DNA of 64,000 nt from a virus. The stretch lies in the IMG/VR virus record IMGVR_UViG_3300036715_003363; one strand, written 5' to 3'. Position numbers and translations under genes: made by a program. The notes below the pieces were generated by a model that searched no databases, was not told the DNA's origin, and saw only the letters and a program-made list of their open reading frames with translations. Shown one piece after another: positions 1-10,068 of the stretch (within the stretch, counting starts at the first letter, position 1; each line of letters opens with the position of its first letter).

Positions 1-135
1 ACAGATCGTACATCTTTTGCAACAACAATGCTCTCAGCAGTTAATGGCGGTCCAACAACTGCTACTCTTTCAGCAAATGGCTTCAATGCATGGGGCCCAA
101 CAGAAAGACGCCTTAGAGTGCTTGAATATATCTAA
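1..135 (+). CDS. 3' end of a gene truncated by the window edge; product unknown
   Basis: Open frame from base 1 (TDRTSFATTMLSAV...RRLRVLEYI) to TAA at 133-135, followed by a strong terminator. Confidence 0.6.
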   Translation, partial: TDRTSFATTMLSAVNGGPTTATLSANGFNAWGPTERRLRVLEYI

Positions 136-163
136 GATAGAATAACAAAAATTCTGCAGAACA

Positions 164-186
164 GCCCGCTTCGGCGGGTTTTTTTG
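164..186 (+). terminator. Rho-independent terminator
   Basis: GCCCGC-TTCG-GCGGGT hairpin followed by a T run. Confidence 0.9.
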
Positions 187-197
187 TGATCTAACGA

Positions 198-203
198 TAA
201 ATA
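198..203 (+). promoter_or_regulatory. T4-like late promoter core TAAATA
   Basis: TAAATA 10 nt before ATG 214; the same hexamer precedes many structural genes; T4 late consensus is TATAAATA. Confidence 0.6.
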
Positions 204-213
204 ATAAACAAAG

Positions 214-804
214 ATGTCAACCTGTAATTATACTCAGTCAATTTCTGATCAACAATGCATTGGTGATTCATTAGTTATTATTAACAATAATTTTGCAACG
301 CTTGATACTAGTCTGTGTACTACAACAACAAGCCTTGCAACTTTATCATCTGCTGAAGTAATTCTTGCAGCACGTGTTGCAGCATTAATACCAGGAGCTG
401 CAAAAGCGTGGGTTAATTTTGACGCAACATTAAATACTTACGGCGCAGCTATTTCTGATGGTCAAAATTGCCTTATTCGAGATAGTTATAATATCGCATC
501 AGTATACAGAGTTACAACCGGTGAATGGATAATATACTTTACAACTCCAATGAGTAATAACGGCTATGTTGTTGAAGCTTCTACACGAGTATCAGCATAT
601 GATGGTGCTTATAATTCAGGATACATTGTAGGTATTCCTAGTATTTCACCTGTTAGTAACTATCCAACACTTACACCTTACAACTCTTTAGTTACAACAT
701 CATCATTTAAGATACAGTGTATGACTGCCGCATCACAAAATTATAATGATGTTGGCGATCTCAGAGACACTACTGGAATTTTTGTAACAGTCCACGGAAA
801 TTAA
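214..804 (+). CDS. Tail fibre/baseplate-associated protein
   Basis: N-terminal CIGDS..INNNF..LD anchor; C-terminal AKAWVNF...YNIASV...GEWIIYFTTPMSNNGYVV domain paralogous to 33527-34279. Confidence 0.7.
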   Translation: MSTCNYTQSISDQQCIGDSLVIINNNFATLDTSLCTTTTSLATLSSAEVILAARVAALIPGAAKAWVNFDATLNTYGAAISDGQNCLIRDSYNIASVYRVTTGEWIIYFTTPMSNNGYVVEASTRVSAYDGAYNSGYIVGIPSISPVSNYPTLTPYNSLVTTSSFKIQCMTAASQNYNDVGDLRDTTGIFVTVHGN

Positions 805-807
805 TTT

Positions 808-1833
808 ATGTCAACTTGCAACTTTACAGCACAAATTTCAGGGTCGGAATGTATTGGCGATTCTCGTACAAAGATTAACAGTAATTTTGATACACTTGAC
901 AGCAATCTTTGTAGTCTAATTGCTACTGTTAGTGCTATTGTGATTCCTGGTAGCAATAAACTCATAAACGGCGATATGAACTTTGATCAGAGAGCCGCTG
1001 GAAGCACATTTGTGTATACCTATCCAAATTACTACGGATCTTGTGATAGATGGGCGTCCTATTGTACTGCGCATACAGGAAGTGGGTTGAGCTTAACTCA
1101 AGTCCAAACATCCACAACAGACTTTCCTTACGCTTTAAGATTTCAGAGAACAAGCGGATCAACAGCAACGAGCGCTCTATATGTCGGACAAGTAATTGAA
1201 ACACAAAATTGCATTGGAATGGCAGGACGGTATGTCACTCTATCATACTACGCGAAAGCCGGTACTAATTTTTCAGGCACAAATGTAACAGCTAAAATTA
1301 TTACTGGAAGCGGCAAAGATCAAGGGTGGGTTAGTTTAGTAGCTGCTGGATGGACAGGTATTGCTACTCCTCTTTCAACAAACATTGTTCCCACTACAAC
1401 ACAAACAAGATTTGTACACACAGTTGCGATACCTGCAGGCACTAATGAAGTCGCCGTGCAATTCGTACGAACTGGAGTAGGCACAGCTGGCACAAATGAC
1501 TATGTTGATATTACCGGAGTTCAATTAGAGACTGGAATAATTGCAACTCCTTTTGAATATCTCTCATACACATATGAGCTTATACTATGTCAAAGATATT
1601 ACGAAAAATTGATAGGAGCACTCCAATTCAATGATTCCGTTGCAACCTCAACATTTTGTTGGATGTTTAAAGTTAGAAAGAGAGTAACTCCGACTGTGTA
1701 TAATACGGACTTGGATGCCGTCGCCTCCCATTCAGGCCAGATAGGAGCCTTAAGTCGTGATTCTGCAACTTACATAACATATGTGTATCCTGACACGTGG
1801 GGAGACGGGTCTTGGGCTGATGCAGAGCTATAA
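808..1833 (+). CDS. Tail fibre protein (carbohydrate-binding-like domain)
   Basis: CIGDS anchor; NKLINGDM..DQR...DRW...VQLETG..ATPFE...ELILCQRYYE signature common in phage fibres; paralog of 34723-35739. Confidence 0.75.
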   Translation: MSTCNFTAQISGSECIGDSRTKINSNFDTLDSNLCSLIATVSAIVIPGSNKLINGDMNFDQRAAGSTFVYTYPNYYGSCDRWASYCTAHTGSGLSLTQVQTSTTDFPYALRFQRTSGSTATSALYVGQVIETQNCIGMAGRYVTLSYYAKAGTNFSGTNVTAKIITGSGKDQGWVSLVAAGWTGIATPLSTNIVPTTTQTRFVHTVAIPAGTNEVAVQFVRTGVGTAGTNDYVDITGVQLETGIIATPFEYLSYTYELILCQRYYEKLIGALQFNDSVATSTFCWMFKVRKRVTPTVYNTDLDAVASHSGQIGALSRDSATYITYVYPDTWGDGSWADAEL

Positions 1834-1836
1834 TTT

Positions 1837-2160
1837 ATGAAAACGTACATAGAACATTCTAATACAATACAGTTTAACGATGTTTGGATACCAAAAGATA
1901 TAGATAATACGCATTACTCGCTATTTCTTCAAGAGCAAGAAAGAGGCGAAGCAGAATTAGTTCCATATGTTATTACATATACATGGGATCAAATTAGAGT
2001 GCAGAGGGACATTCTTATTGCGGCGACTGATTGGACACAGCTTCCGGATGTAAATATAGTTAATAAACAGGCTTGGACTGTATACAGACAGTCTCTTAGA
2101 GATATTACTACTACTTTTAGTGATCCAAACGGAGTAGTTTGGCCGACAAAGCCTTCTTAA
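1837..2160 (+). CDS. Tail fibre assembly chaperone
   Basis: WDQIRVQRDILIAATDWTQLPD...WTVYRQSLRDI...WPTKP motif directly after a fibre gene. Confidence 0.85.
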   Translation: MKTYIEHSNTIQFNDVWIPKDIDNTHYSLFLQEQERGEAELVPYVITYTWDQIRVQRDILIAATDWTQLPDVNIVNKQAWTVYRQSLRDITTTFSDPNGVVWPTKPS

Positions 2161-2300
2161 TGCTGGACGACCTCGAGACAAGTGTATTAACGTTGCTATC
2201 CCTTTGTTTCCTTGGTGTTTATATTATTACACGCACTCTTGTGTTTATCTATAGAAAATTCAGATAAACCAATATTATCAAACCTTGTGATTTTAATGTT

Positions 2301-2306
2301 TAAATA
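2301..2306 (+). promoter_or_regulatory. T4-like late promoter core TAAATA
   Basis: 6 nt upstream of ATG 2313. Confidence 0.6.
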
Positions 2307-2312
2307 ATATAA

Positions 2313-3632
2313 ATGGATGCAACAGTACCAGTAACAGGAAATGTTTGGAGCGCTTATCTCGGTATAATAAGCACAGTTCAGCCTCAGCATCAACTACCGC
2401 TTATAAATGCTCTTGGACTCTTTAGTCCGACAGGAACTCTAAGTAATTGTGTATCAAATACTGAGCAAGCTTTAACACAAGCTTCTGCTCTGCTAAACGG
2501 CGCTGGACATCTTCAAGGAACGCTGCCAAACAAGCAAGTATATGATATAGTCAATGGACAACTTCAAAGTCTTGCAGCGGCCACGCAATCAGGAGCAATT
2601 AACTGTGTAGAATCACAAGTTGCAGCCACTCTAGCAGGAGTTGAAATAAATGCTGAGCAAGCACTTCAAAATGTACAGAACTCTCTTACAACACTCTTTA
2701 AGCCGTACAATAAGCTCATTGGAACAACTCTTTATAACGCGACAGGTGTCGTTCGTGATCCTATCGGACATGGAGTCGTGCCCGGAGTAAAGTATATGAT
2801 GAATCAGGTTAATCCAAACTTTGCTGCAAGTCATGAAGCTGCTTGGGTATCAACTAAAATGATTGAAATTGGAAACTTGCCAGCAAATATCTACGGTAGC
2901 CTTCAACATCTACAGAGTGCAATGTCAGGTGGCCAATTATTTGGTCCAATTCAGGTTGTAAAAGACGTCTATCTTGGAGCTATTGCAATTGTAAAGATGA
3001 TTGGACAATTTATTCAGAATATGTTTTCAATGCTGCAAAAATTGATACTGAATATTATTGGCGGCTTACTTCCTGTTGGTCAAATCACTGCAGTGCTCGG
3101 AGCAGTAACGACAGCTGCAAGTGTTATCGGTCCAATCGTATCTGCATTCACAGGAACAAATATTATATCTCAATATACTGGACAGCTTTTATCAGTTACA
3201 GGAAGTCTGCAGTCAGTTTTATCAAATCCTGGGTCAATTATACAGAGCTTGCTTCCAGTCAATGCTCAACAAGGTCTTAGTTATCTAAACAACCCGCAAG
3301 CTTTTCTTCAAACACTTCCTCCACCATGGGGAGAAATATTCTGTATTCTAAATCAGATTTCAGGGTACGGTTACAACTACAATCTTGGCTACGGAATGAG
3401 CTCAGCACTTGCAGGCATTCAAGGCGGTGTACTAGCTGGTATTATCAGTGCTTTTGGATGTCAGCTTCACCTCATGGCAAACATTATAACACCATCAACT
3501 CAATCACTTCCGCAATCGTTTCCAGGCGGCAATCAGGTTGTTAATGTTCCTGGAAGAACTTCTCCTTATGTTGTTGATATACACGGTAATGTCATTAACT
3601 CACCATGTGCAACTTCCCGTGTTCTTCCATAA
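2313..3632 (+). CDS. Hypothetical virion (baseplate-region) protein
   Basis: 439 aa ORF, late promoter, directly upstream of the gp5-like gene; amphipathic low-charge sequence. Confidence 0.5.
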   Translation: MDATVPVTGNVWSAYLGIISTVQPQHQLPLINALGLFSPTGTLSNCVSNTEQALTQASALLNGAGHLQGTLPNKQVYDIVNGQLQSLAAATQSGAINCVESQVAATLAGVEINAEQALQNVQNSLTTLFKPYNKLIGTTLYNATGVVRDPIGHGVVPGVKYMMNQVNPNFAASHEAAWVSTKMIEIGNLPANIYGSLQHLQSAMSGGQLFGPIQVVKDVYLGAIAIVKMIGQFIQNMFSMLQKLILNIIGGLLPVGQITAVLGAVTTAASVIGPIVSAFTGTNIISQYTGQLLSVTGSLQSVLSNPGSIIQSLLPVNAQQGLSYLNNPQAFLQTLPPPWGEIFCILNQISGYGYNYNLGYGMSSALAGIQGGVLAGIISAFGCQLHLMANIITPSTQSLPQSFPGGNQVVNVPGRTSPYVVDIHGNVINSPCATSRVLP

Positions 3633-3641
3633 TTAAACAAA

Positions 3642-5192
3642 ATGCAATCTTATTTTGGTAACTACTTAGGAATGGTCATAAATTCTGCGGATCCCGAACA
3701 AAGAGGTCGTGTTAAAATTTTCATTCCTCATATTATGCCTGCTCTATACGAGCACTGGAATAAAGAAGGAACAGATATTCAGTTTGGTAATATTGATCAA
3801 TTAAATCCAGGAATTGTTAAAGAGCTCGAAAAAATCTTACCGTGGGCTGACTCTGCATCGCCAATTATTGGTGCAAGCACTCCAACGGCGTTTGATCGTG
3901 CAACAAATGCAATATATTCGCCGTTCACAAAAACATTTGATTTTATTAAAAATGAAATTACAACAATATATAGTGCTGCAGCAGGAACTTTTTATTTTAA
4001 TAAGCCAGATGTTAAAGCTTCAAATGTATATGCAGATACTACTGCTCCAATTCAACAATTAGAACCAACAAAATCTTATATTGCAGCTGGTGGTTCTGTT
4101 TTTGGTTATAAGGATGCAGGGGATAACGGAAGGGGCGCTTTTGGCGCAAATACTAATAATACAACACTAGTTGGTGTATCAATCCCTGTTGCCGTTGCTA
4201 TTAGTACATTCGGAAGTGTTGCAGCTTCCAAAAACCAGTTAGTTGAAGTATATAATCCAACAACTAATAAAACAATTATTGCACCAATTGTAGATTCAGG
4301 GCCAGCACCTTGGGCAGCAAGCGGATTGGATTTAACAGCAGGTGCAGTAACAAGTTTAGGTGGTTCACTAGTATATGGAACAGGGAAGGGAGGAACAGTG
4401 GGTTCAGACGGAATTGCTGTAACAGGAGTATCACCTGATATTCATGGTGTTCAATACAGATTTTTAACACCACCTGAACAATCACAATATACACAATTTT
4501 CGCGACAAGGTGCAAATATAGACGGACCTCTTGAAGACACATCAAAAGTAACACAACACACAAAAAATGCAAATGTATCACAAGTAATTAGAACAACTGC
4601 AAGTGAGCCAACTCCGCGTCCATTTAGCTCAGCGCAGGGAGTATTTGCATATCCAACACCAGGAGCTTTTGTATGGTGTTTCTTTCAAGAAGGTAATCCT
4701 TTATTTCCAGTGTATTTTGCTGCAAGCTACGGAGCAGCAGAGTGGGCAAGTGCATATGCAGGATATGGTCCAAATCCAAAGCAGCCTGCAGCAATAGATG
4801 GATCAGATACAAAAGTAAGAGCGTTAGCATCCTCAATGAATTTAGGATCACTTAATATTTGGACTGACCAATCAGCTTCTGAATCAACTGGAGCCGTCGA
4901 ATCAGCTGGATTTCAACACAGTTCAGGTGCATTCACATCATTTACAAAAGACGCAGAAATGACTCACTACACTCCTGGCAATATGCGCATTCAAGCTGAA
5001 GGACACATTCACGATGCAGCTATTGGAAATCGTGAAACATACACGAAGGGCGATGATAATAAGGTAACAATGGGCGATCAATATATCAAAGTGGGAGATA
5101 TATCTCAGGACGCATTTGATGCAATGAATTCCTTAACAGATATTCTATCAGAAGCAGCAAATGTAATGAAACAACACGTCGAAGGACAATAA
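3642..5192 (+). CDS. gp5/Vgr-like baseplate hub protein (OB-fold) with inserted DPBB/RlpA-like domain
   Basis: YLGMVINSADPEQRGRVKIFIPH...LPWA and PTPGAFVWCFFQEGNPLFPVYFA OB-fold motifs flank VEVYNPTTNKTIIAPIVDSGP...GLDLT. Confidence 0.75.
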   Translation: MQSYFGNYLGMVINSADPEQRGRVKIFIPHIMPALYEHWNKEGTDIQFGNIDQLNPGIVKELEKILPWADSASPIIGASTPTAFDRATNAIYSPFTKTFDFIKNEITTIYSAAAGTFYFNKPDVKASNVYADTTAPIQQLEPTKSYIAAGGSVFGYKDAGDNGRGAFGANTNNTTLVGVSIPVAVAISTFGSVAASKNQLVEVYNPTTNKTIIAPIVDSGPAPWAASGLDLTAGAVTSLGGSLVYGTGKGGTVGSDGIAVTGVSPDIHGVQYRFLTPPEQSQYTQFSRQGANIDGPLEDTSKVTQHTKNANVSQVIRTTASEPTPRPFSSAQGVFAYPTPGAFVWCFFQEGNPLFPVYFAASYGAAEWASAYAGYGPNPKQPAAIDGSDTKVRALASSMNLGSLNIWTDQSASESTGAVESAGFQHSSGAFTSFTKDAEMTHYTPGNMRIQAEGHIHDAAIGNRETYTKGDDNKVTMGDQYIKVGDISQDAFDAMNSLTDILSEAANVMKQHVEGQ

Positions 5193-5193
5193 T

Positions 5194-7011
5194 ATGACAA
5201 TTAGTAACAATTTTACGCTACCAGAAGATCAGAATGTTGATTTTTCACAACCTCAGCAAACATTAACTTCTTCATCTTCAGCAATTCCGTGTCCGTGTTT
5301 AACACCAATCAATACTACAGTTCCTGTATTTTCAAATAATGAAGGCAATTTAAATATTGGATCTGCATCACCAACAGGGATGTTTGTTTCAAACGGATCC
5401 TTACAAAATACAGCTGAAAGCATCGCTCTCCAACAGCCTACTGTTAACGACCTCGGAAATACGAATCCTACATCTGATGGTGGAACAGTATTTGATCAGT
5501 ATGGATTGTTTGATCCTAACACTGAAGACGGAGGAGTGAATATTGACGGTAATTTCGGCCCTGGATCTTCCGGGCAACCAAGTGTTAATGATTCTCTTTG
5601 TGGTAATCCGCTCTGGGCATTGTTGACACTTCCATGCCCAACTTGTAACGGAGGAAAAAAGAAAGCAATCCGAAATAAAGCAGGAAAAAAGTACATAAAC
5701 CTTGCAGCTAAGTTTTCAAAGTGGCCGACTCCTATATACAGTGTCATAAGCGGCATTCAAGATGAATTAAACGGTCTTATCAACGTCGCCGCAGTGAATA
5801 CACAATTTACAGGAGGTAAGTGCCCTACCTGTAAAGGGAAAAATACAGTTCCTGACCCATCAGCTAAAGCAAATGAAGCAACTAAGAAAGGCGTTGATTA
5901 TCTCGATGCACACAAACAGCAAATTCAAGACCTTGAGGCAAGAGCTGGTGGCAAAGGAGGTTGTGGGAATAGATACACAATAGTTGCAACGAATGACGTA
6001 CTTCAGGTTGGGCTCGGTGTTAATAAGACTGCATCATATAAAGTTGATAATACAGGCACTGCTCCAAGCGCTCTTGACACCGGCGCCCCAACAACAACAG
6101 TTTTTAGAAAAGATGCAAAATATGTATCAGGTAATAATCTCCCAGCTCCAGGTTGCGGTCATTACGTAATTCAATGCTACAACAAATTCACGTGCTTTAC
6201 AGGCGCTCACGGCATTGAGCTTGTAACTCACGGGCCTGTTAACATTGCTGGTGGCATGACTAAGATTACTGGAGCGGAAGTTTCCGTTGGCTCAGGTGTT
6301 GGACCAGTTACAATTGCTGGCGATCACTTACAACTTAATGGAAAATCTGTTGCAGTAAATGTATCAGGGCCTGACTCTCACTTTCACGTGCAGGGCACAA
6401 TGTCAGCGACGGGCAATATGGTCATTGGAGGAGGTGCTCACGTCGATGGAGATTTATCGTTTACATCTGCAACAGCTCCATCAAAAGAAGTGCGTACTGA
6501 ATTCTCATCTCAAATTGATAACAACAGTTTTAAGGCAGTGTGGGGAGGGCTTTCAGTAAAAGCCATCAGCGATCAAATTTCAAACCTACAGAGATTTACA
6601 AAATGGGCCGCCGGCGATCCATCTCTCATAATTGCTTCAAAAGCAGGTATTCAAGCCGTTTCTGATCATATGAAGCATCTTGCATATCTTTCACAGCCAT
6701 ATGAATCATCACCGACCGGATGGATTCTCCCAGGACAGTGTATCGTTGTTGGAGCATATGGAACAAGCACAAATACTACACTAATACCAGTGTATATACA
6801 GCCTCATCATCACAATATCCCTGATATGAAGCATGTTCACCAGATGACAGTGCCAAATATCAATCTTATGGATAGAGCAGATGATGTGAGAAAGAATGCA
6901 TCATCAAAATCCTTTCCTATGCCAGCAGCGGCAGCAACTTCAACAAATCATTCAATAATATTACAGTCAATTACATCAGCAATTACCACTGCAGCTAAGT
7001 TACCAAGTTAA
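5194..7011 (+). CDS. Probable central spike C-terminal/beta-helix protein with Zn-binding motifs
   Basis: Follows the gp5-like gene; CPTCNGG and CPTCKGK; Gly/Val-rich beta repeats; distal HHH..HVH motif like spike-tip metal sites. Confidence 0.55.
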   Translation: MTISNNFTLPEDQNVDFSQPQQTLTSSSSAIPCPCLTPINTTVPVFSNNEGNLNIGSASPTGMFVSNGSLQNTAESIALQQPTVNDLGNTNPTSDGGTVFDQYGLFDPNTEDGGVNIDGNFGPGSSGQPSVNDSLCGNPLWALLTLPCPTCNGGKKKAIRNKAGKKYINLAAKFSKWPTPIYSVISGIQDELNGLINVAAVNTQFTGGKCPTCKGKNTVPDPSAKANEATKKGVDYLDAHKQQIQDLEARAGGKGGCGNRYTIVATNDVLQVGLGVNKTASYKVDNTGTAPSALDTGAPTTTVFRKDAKYVSGNNLPAPGCGHYVIQCYNKFTCFTGAHGIELVTHGPVNIAGGMTKITGAEVSVGSGVGPVTIAGDHLQLNGKSVAVNVSGPDSHFHVQGTMSATGNMVIGGGAHVDGDLSFTSATAPSKEVRTEFSSQIDNNSFKAVWGGLSVKAISDQISNLQRFTKWAAGDPSLIIASKAGIQAVSDHMKHLAYLSQPYESSPTGWILPGQCIVVGAYGTSTNTTLIPVYIQPHHHNIPDMKHVHQMTVPNINLMDRADDVRKNASSKSFPMPAAAATSTNHSIILQSITSAITTAAKLPS

Positions 7012-7457
7012 GTTACCAACGGCTTAAAAATGCTTGTGTAGTAGCTTACAAGAGCTTTTGCGGCTTCTTCTGGGAATTCAATATTGTCTATGTCAATGCC
7101 GTTGACCATTTCAACAAATCCGATGTATTGCTGGTTAGCAATATCAACATACTCACCAGTAACATCTGTAAAGTGAACCTTATCGAGGAGATCAATTTTA
7201 CCGTCATTAATTAGATTAATTGACATTCTATCAGCCTGTTCATTCGCTGCATTTATAATTTTTGCGTGTTCAACGGGACTATAATCAATAGACACTTTAA
7301 TACTTGATAGAGAGACTGGAACATAACCTTGTTCAAGTATTTCTTCCCAGGGTGATTTTGGTGTAGATGTGAGACTTTGAAGTGTACTAAACAGCTGTGT
7401 GAAATCAATGGAAGACAAAGCATCCATAGAACTGAGAGTAGCGAATTCTGATAGCAT
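7008..7457 (-). CDS. Hypothetical protein
   Basis: 149 aa ORF, convergent with spike gene, TAAGTA upstream. Confidence 0.6.
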   Translation of the reverse strand: MLSEFATLSSMDALSSIDFTQLFSTLQSLTSTPKSPWEEILEQGYVPVSLSSIKVSIDYSPVEHAKIINAANEQADRMSINLINDGKIDLLDKVHFTDVTGEYVDIANQQYIGFVEMVNGIDIDNIEFPEEAAKALVSYYTSIFKPLVT

Positions 7458-7524
7458 ATATCTACTTAATTCTAAGAAAGGATTTCTAAAGAGTACTTTT
7501 CGGAAAACTATTGTTTATCAATTT

Positions 7525-8328
7525 TCAGTGCGTCTTTATGTTGTTGTGATCAATGTTAATTTCTTTAAATTTATGCACAACAAATTTGCACAGCTCTGAA
7601 CGAACAATGTCTTCTTCAGTTAATTCATGGCAAATAATTCCATGTTCAACAGATTCTGGATTATTAAATGCATCATACACTTTTGTAAATCCCGATTTTC
7701 CGTAAGGTAGATCTGATTGTTCAGGATCGCCACAAATTATAATTTTGCAGAATTCACCAACTCTTGTCATTAAGGTGTTTAATTCGCGTAAGGAAAAATT
7801 TTGGCTTTCATCACAGCAAATAAATTGAGCACTCCAGTGTAACCCGCGAGCAAAATTAATTGGACACATTGTAATGCGCTGTTCTTTCTCAAGCTTATCA
7901 ATTTGAGGCTTTGAGAGCAACTCACTAAATTTATCATTGAAGGGGGTTAGATATATGTTAAATTTCTCCGATAGATCACCTGGCAAGAACCCTAGTTTTG
8001 AATCTGAGCTCTCCACAGCAGATCGCACTAAAACAAGATCTGAAACTCTACGCTGATTAAGAAGCTGTAAACCGCAGTACATTCCTAACGTTGTCTTCGA
8101 CGTCCCGGCGACACCCTTTAAAAACATCACTTTTGTTTTTTTGCTTTGAAAAGACTCTATAATATCCTTCTGCTTTTGAGTCCACGGTAATTCTCTAATG
8201 GATAAATCGAAAGCGATTTTATCTCTTTGAAAGACATATGGTGAAGAGTTTGTAGTTGTAGCCTCCATTTTTTTAGAGACTGTGGGCTTGGTTGCTGCGG
8301 GTTTCGCCGTTCGCTTTTTATGGCTCAT
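7525..8328 (-). CDS. phoH: PhoH-family ATPase
   Basis: GVAGTSKT P-loop variant, LGFLPGDL, FARGLHW, DESQN, MTRVGEFCKIIICGDPEQSDL, DIVRS motifs. Confidence 0.92.
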   Translation of the reverse strand: MSHKKRTAKPAATKPTVSKKMEATTTNSSPYVFQRDKIAFDLSIRELPWTQKQKDIIESFQSKKTKVMFLKGVAGTSKTTLGMYCGLQLLNQRRVSDLVLVRSAVESSDSKLGFLPGDLSEKFNIYLTPFNDKFSELLSKPQIDKLEKEQRITMCPINFARGLHWSAQFICCDESQNFSLRELNTLMTRVGEFCKIIICGDPEQSDLPYGKSGFTKVYDAFNNPESVEHGIICHELTEEDIVRSELCKFVVHKFKEINIDHNNIKTH

Positions 8329-8387
8329 CTGCTAGTATTTAATCATATTCAGTTGCAGTTCAATAAAAATTATAGTACTCTACCCAA

Positions 8388-8645
8388 ATGAATACTTCTG
8401 GATACGCATTTAAGTTTAAACACGTTGGTAATGAATCAGCATTTACATCATTCAATATTGCTACTCCTCCGGACAGTTCCATTCAGGTTAAAGTCGATCA
8501 AACTGCAGATCTATCAACTCTCATTGATACATTTGAGCGTTTTATACTTGCATGCGGATTTGTACTCCCTGAGGGCGCTCATCTCGATTTTGTAGGCGAA
8601 GAAGATAGTGAGCGATTACCTATTATTGAGCATCCAGAAGAATAA
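8388..8645 (+). CDS. Hypothetical protein
   Basis: 85 aa ORF; FERFILACGF motif seen in small T4-like phage proteins. Confidence 0.6.
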   Translation: MNTSGYAFKFKHVGNESAFTSFNIATPPDSSIQVKVDQTADLSTLIDTFERFILACGFVLPEGAHLDFVGEEDSERLPIIEHPEE

Positions 8646-8673
8646 ATAATAGATATATCTCTAAATAAACTTT

Positions 8674-9930
8674 ATGAATCTATATCAACAGGTGCATGAA
8701 ACGGTAGATAAAAAAATACCTTTTAATGTTAAAGATACTGTTATTGGTCCTGTGCAATGGAAAGGATCGCAACAAGCATTATACAATCTTACTGCAAACA
8801 ATAGCCCGATTGAAGACACTGACATTTCTGATGAGTACAATGCTGAAATTGCTCCTATCACTAATGATATTAAGACAATGACTGGTATTGGTCCGGGAGA
8901 GCTTGCAGTTGCTTCAGTAGTTTCAGGACACACAGATACAAATCGTTGTAGACAGATGGTTTCTGGTCAGGGTGAATCTTATGATGTGTCGTGGCCATCA
9001 TCTACAGATGTAAAATATAAATTTGAAGTTAAAAAAGAAGAAGGTGGCTCTGTTCGTGTCGGAACAATTGGAAGTCGTCTTGGCAATCCTACTGTTGAGC
9101 TTATTCGACGTATTCTCGAGAATATTCTCGAAGAATACAACATTCTCGATGAAGAGAATAGAAAGATTGTTGATGATACAATTTTGAATAGTAAAGAGCT
9201 TGTTGAGCCTGTTACACGCTTTCATAAAACAAGAAAAAATCATGATATTGGTCCAGATCCTACTCAACGTAGAAAATACGAAATTTCTCTTGCAAAAAGA
9301 TCTAGCTGGTCCGTTGAAAAATTCGTAAACGCTATCAAAGTAAATCTTACGGAGCTTCCTCTCGGAATGCTTTTTGGAGAGGATTATGAGTATGGAAATT
9401 ATTCAGGAGATAAAGTATCATCCCAGCTTCGCGCCCAAGCACTTATTATGTCTCTTAAAGCGTTTTTAGAGTGTATTGAGAACACTCACCTCAGCGATAA
9501 TGAGATTGAGCAAGATGCTCTTCGAGTTAAAGTTTTAAAAGACATATTTAAAAAATATTATAGTTCTCCGGAATCTGAAAAAAAAGAAATTACGGATGCA
9601 AGCTTAGATGCAGAAGCAGAAAAAGTTGACAGAAAACTTCTAAAACTTAAACATTCAATAACAGGAGGTAAACTATTAAAAGCAACAGACTTCTTTAAGA
9701 GCATCAGAAAATCACATCTTCTTAAAGATCTTCAAAAACATGAAGATAAAATTAAAGATGGGGAAACTGTTAGAGAATTGTTTCCAACAGGGCCAACAGG
9801 CATTAGCGGATTGTTCATTGTAAATATTAGAGGCTGGAGTTACATTCCTGAAGACAAGATTAAGGATTTTATTGAAATTACAACTTTTTCTCAAGGCCGT
9901 CCGAAGATTGCACTTAAGAAAAACCAATGA
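8674..9930 (+). CDS. Hypothetical protein with possible PD-(D/E)XK nuclease motif
   Basis: 418 aa; GIGPGELAV...SYDVSWP...KFEVK; preceded by TAAATA. Confidence 0.45.
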   Translation: MNLYQQVHETVDKKIPFNVKDTVIGPVQWKGSQQALYNLTANNSPIEDTDISDEYNAEIAPITNDIKTMTGIGPGELAVASVVSGHTDTNRCRQMVSGQGESYDVSWPSSTDVKYKFEVKKEEGGSVRVGTIGSRLGNPTVELIRRILENILEEYNILDEENRKIVDDTILNSKELVEPVTRFHKTRKNHDIGPDPTQRRKYEISLAKRSSWSVEKFVNAIKVNLTELPLGMLFGEDYEYGNYSGDKVSSQLRAQALIMSLKAFLECIENTHLSDNEIEQDALRVKVLKDIFKKYYSSPESEKKEITDASLDAEAEKVDRKLLKLKHSITGGKLLKATDFFKSIRKSHLLKDLQKHEDKIKDGETVRELFPTGPTGISGLFIVNIRGWSYIPEDKIKDFIEITTFSQGRPKIALKKNQ

Positions 9931-10068
9931 AATTTAAGAAAAATAATTCATTTTATCTCTAGCTCTTCTATTTATTGAGCCTCCTATCTCTTACCTTTTC
10001 TAATATAGTAAGGAGTGCAATCCTTTCGAAAATATATTTTGCAATTATAATACAATGTTTTATAATTT

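Noticed and set aside
962-4851. Short antisense or alternate-frame ORFs (e.g. 962-1204, 1957-2181, 2631-2834, 3814-4062, 4276-4581, 4624-4851) and similar shadow ORFs elsewhere
   Set aside because: Fully overlap well-supported genes and show no motifs or start signals
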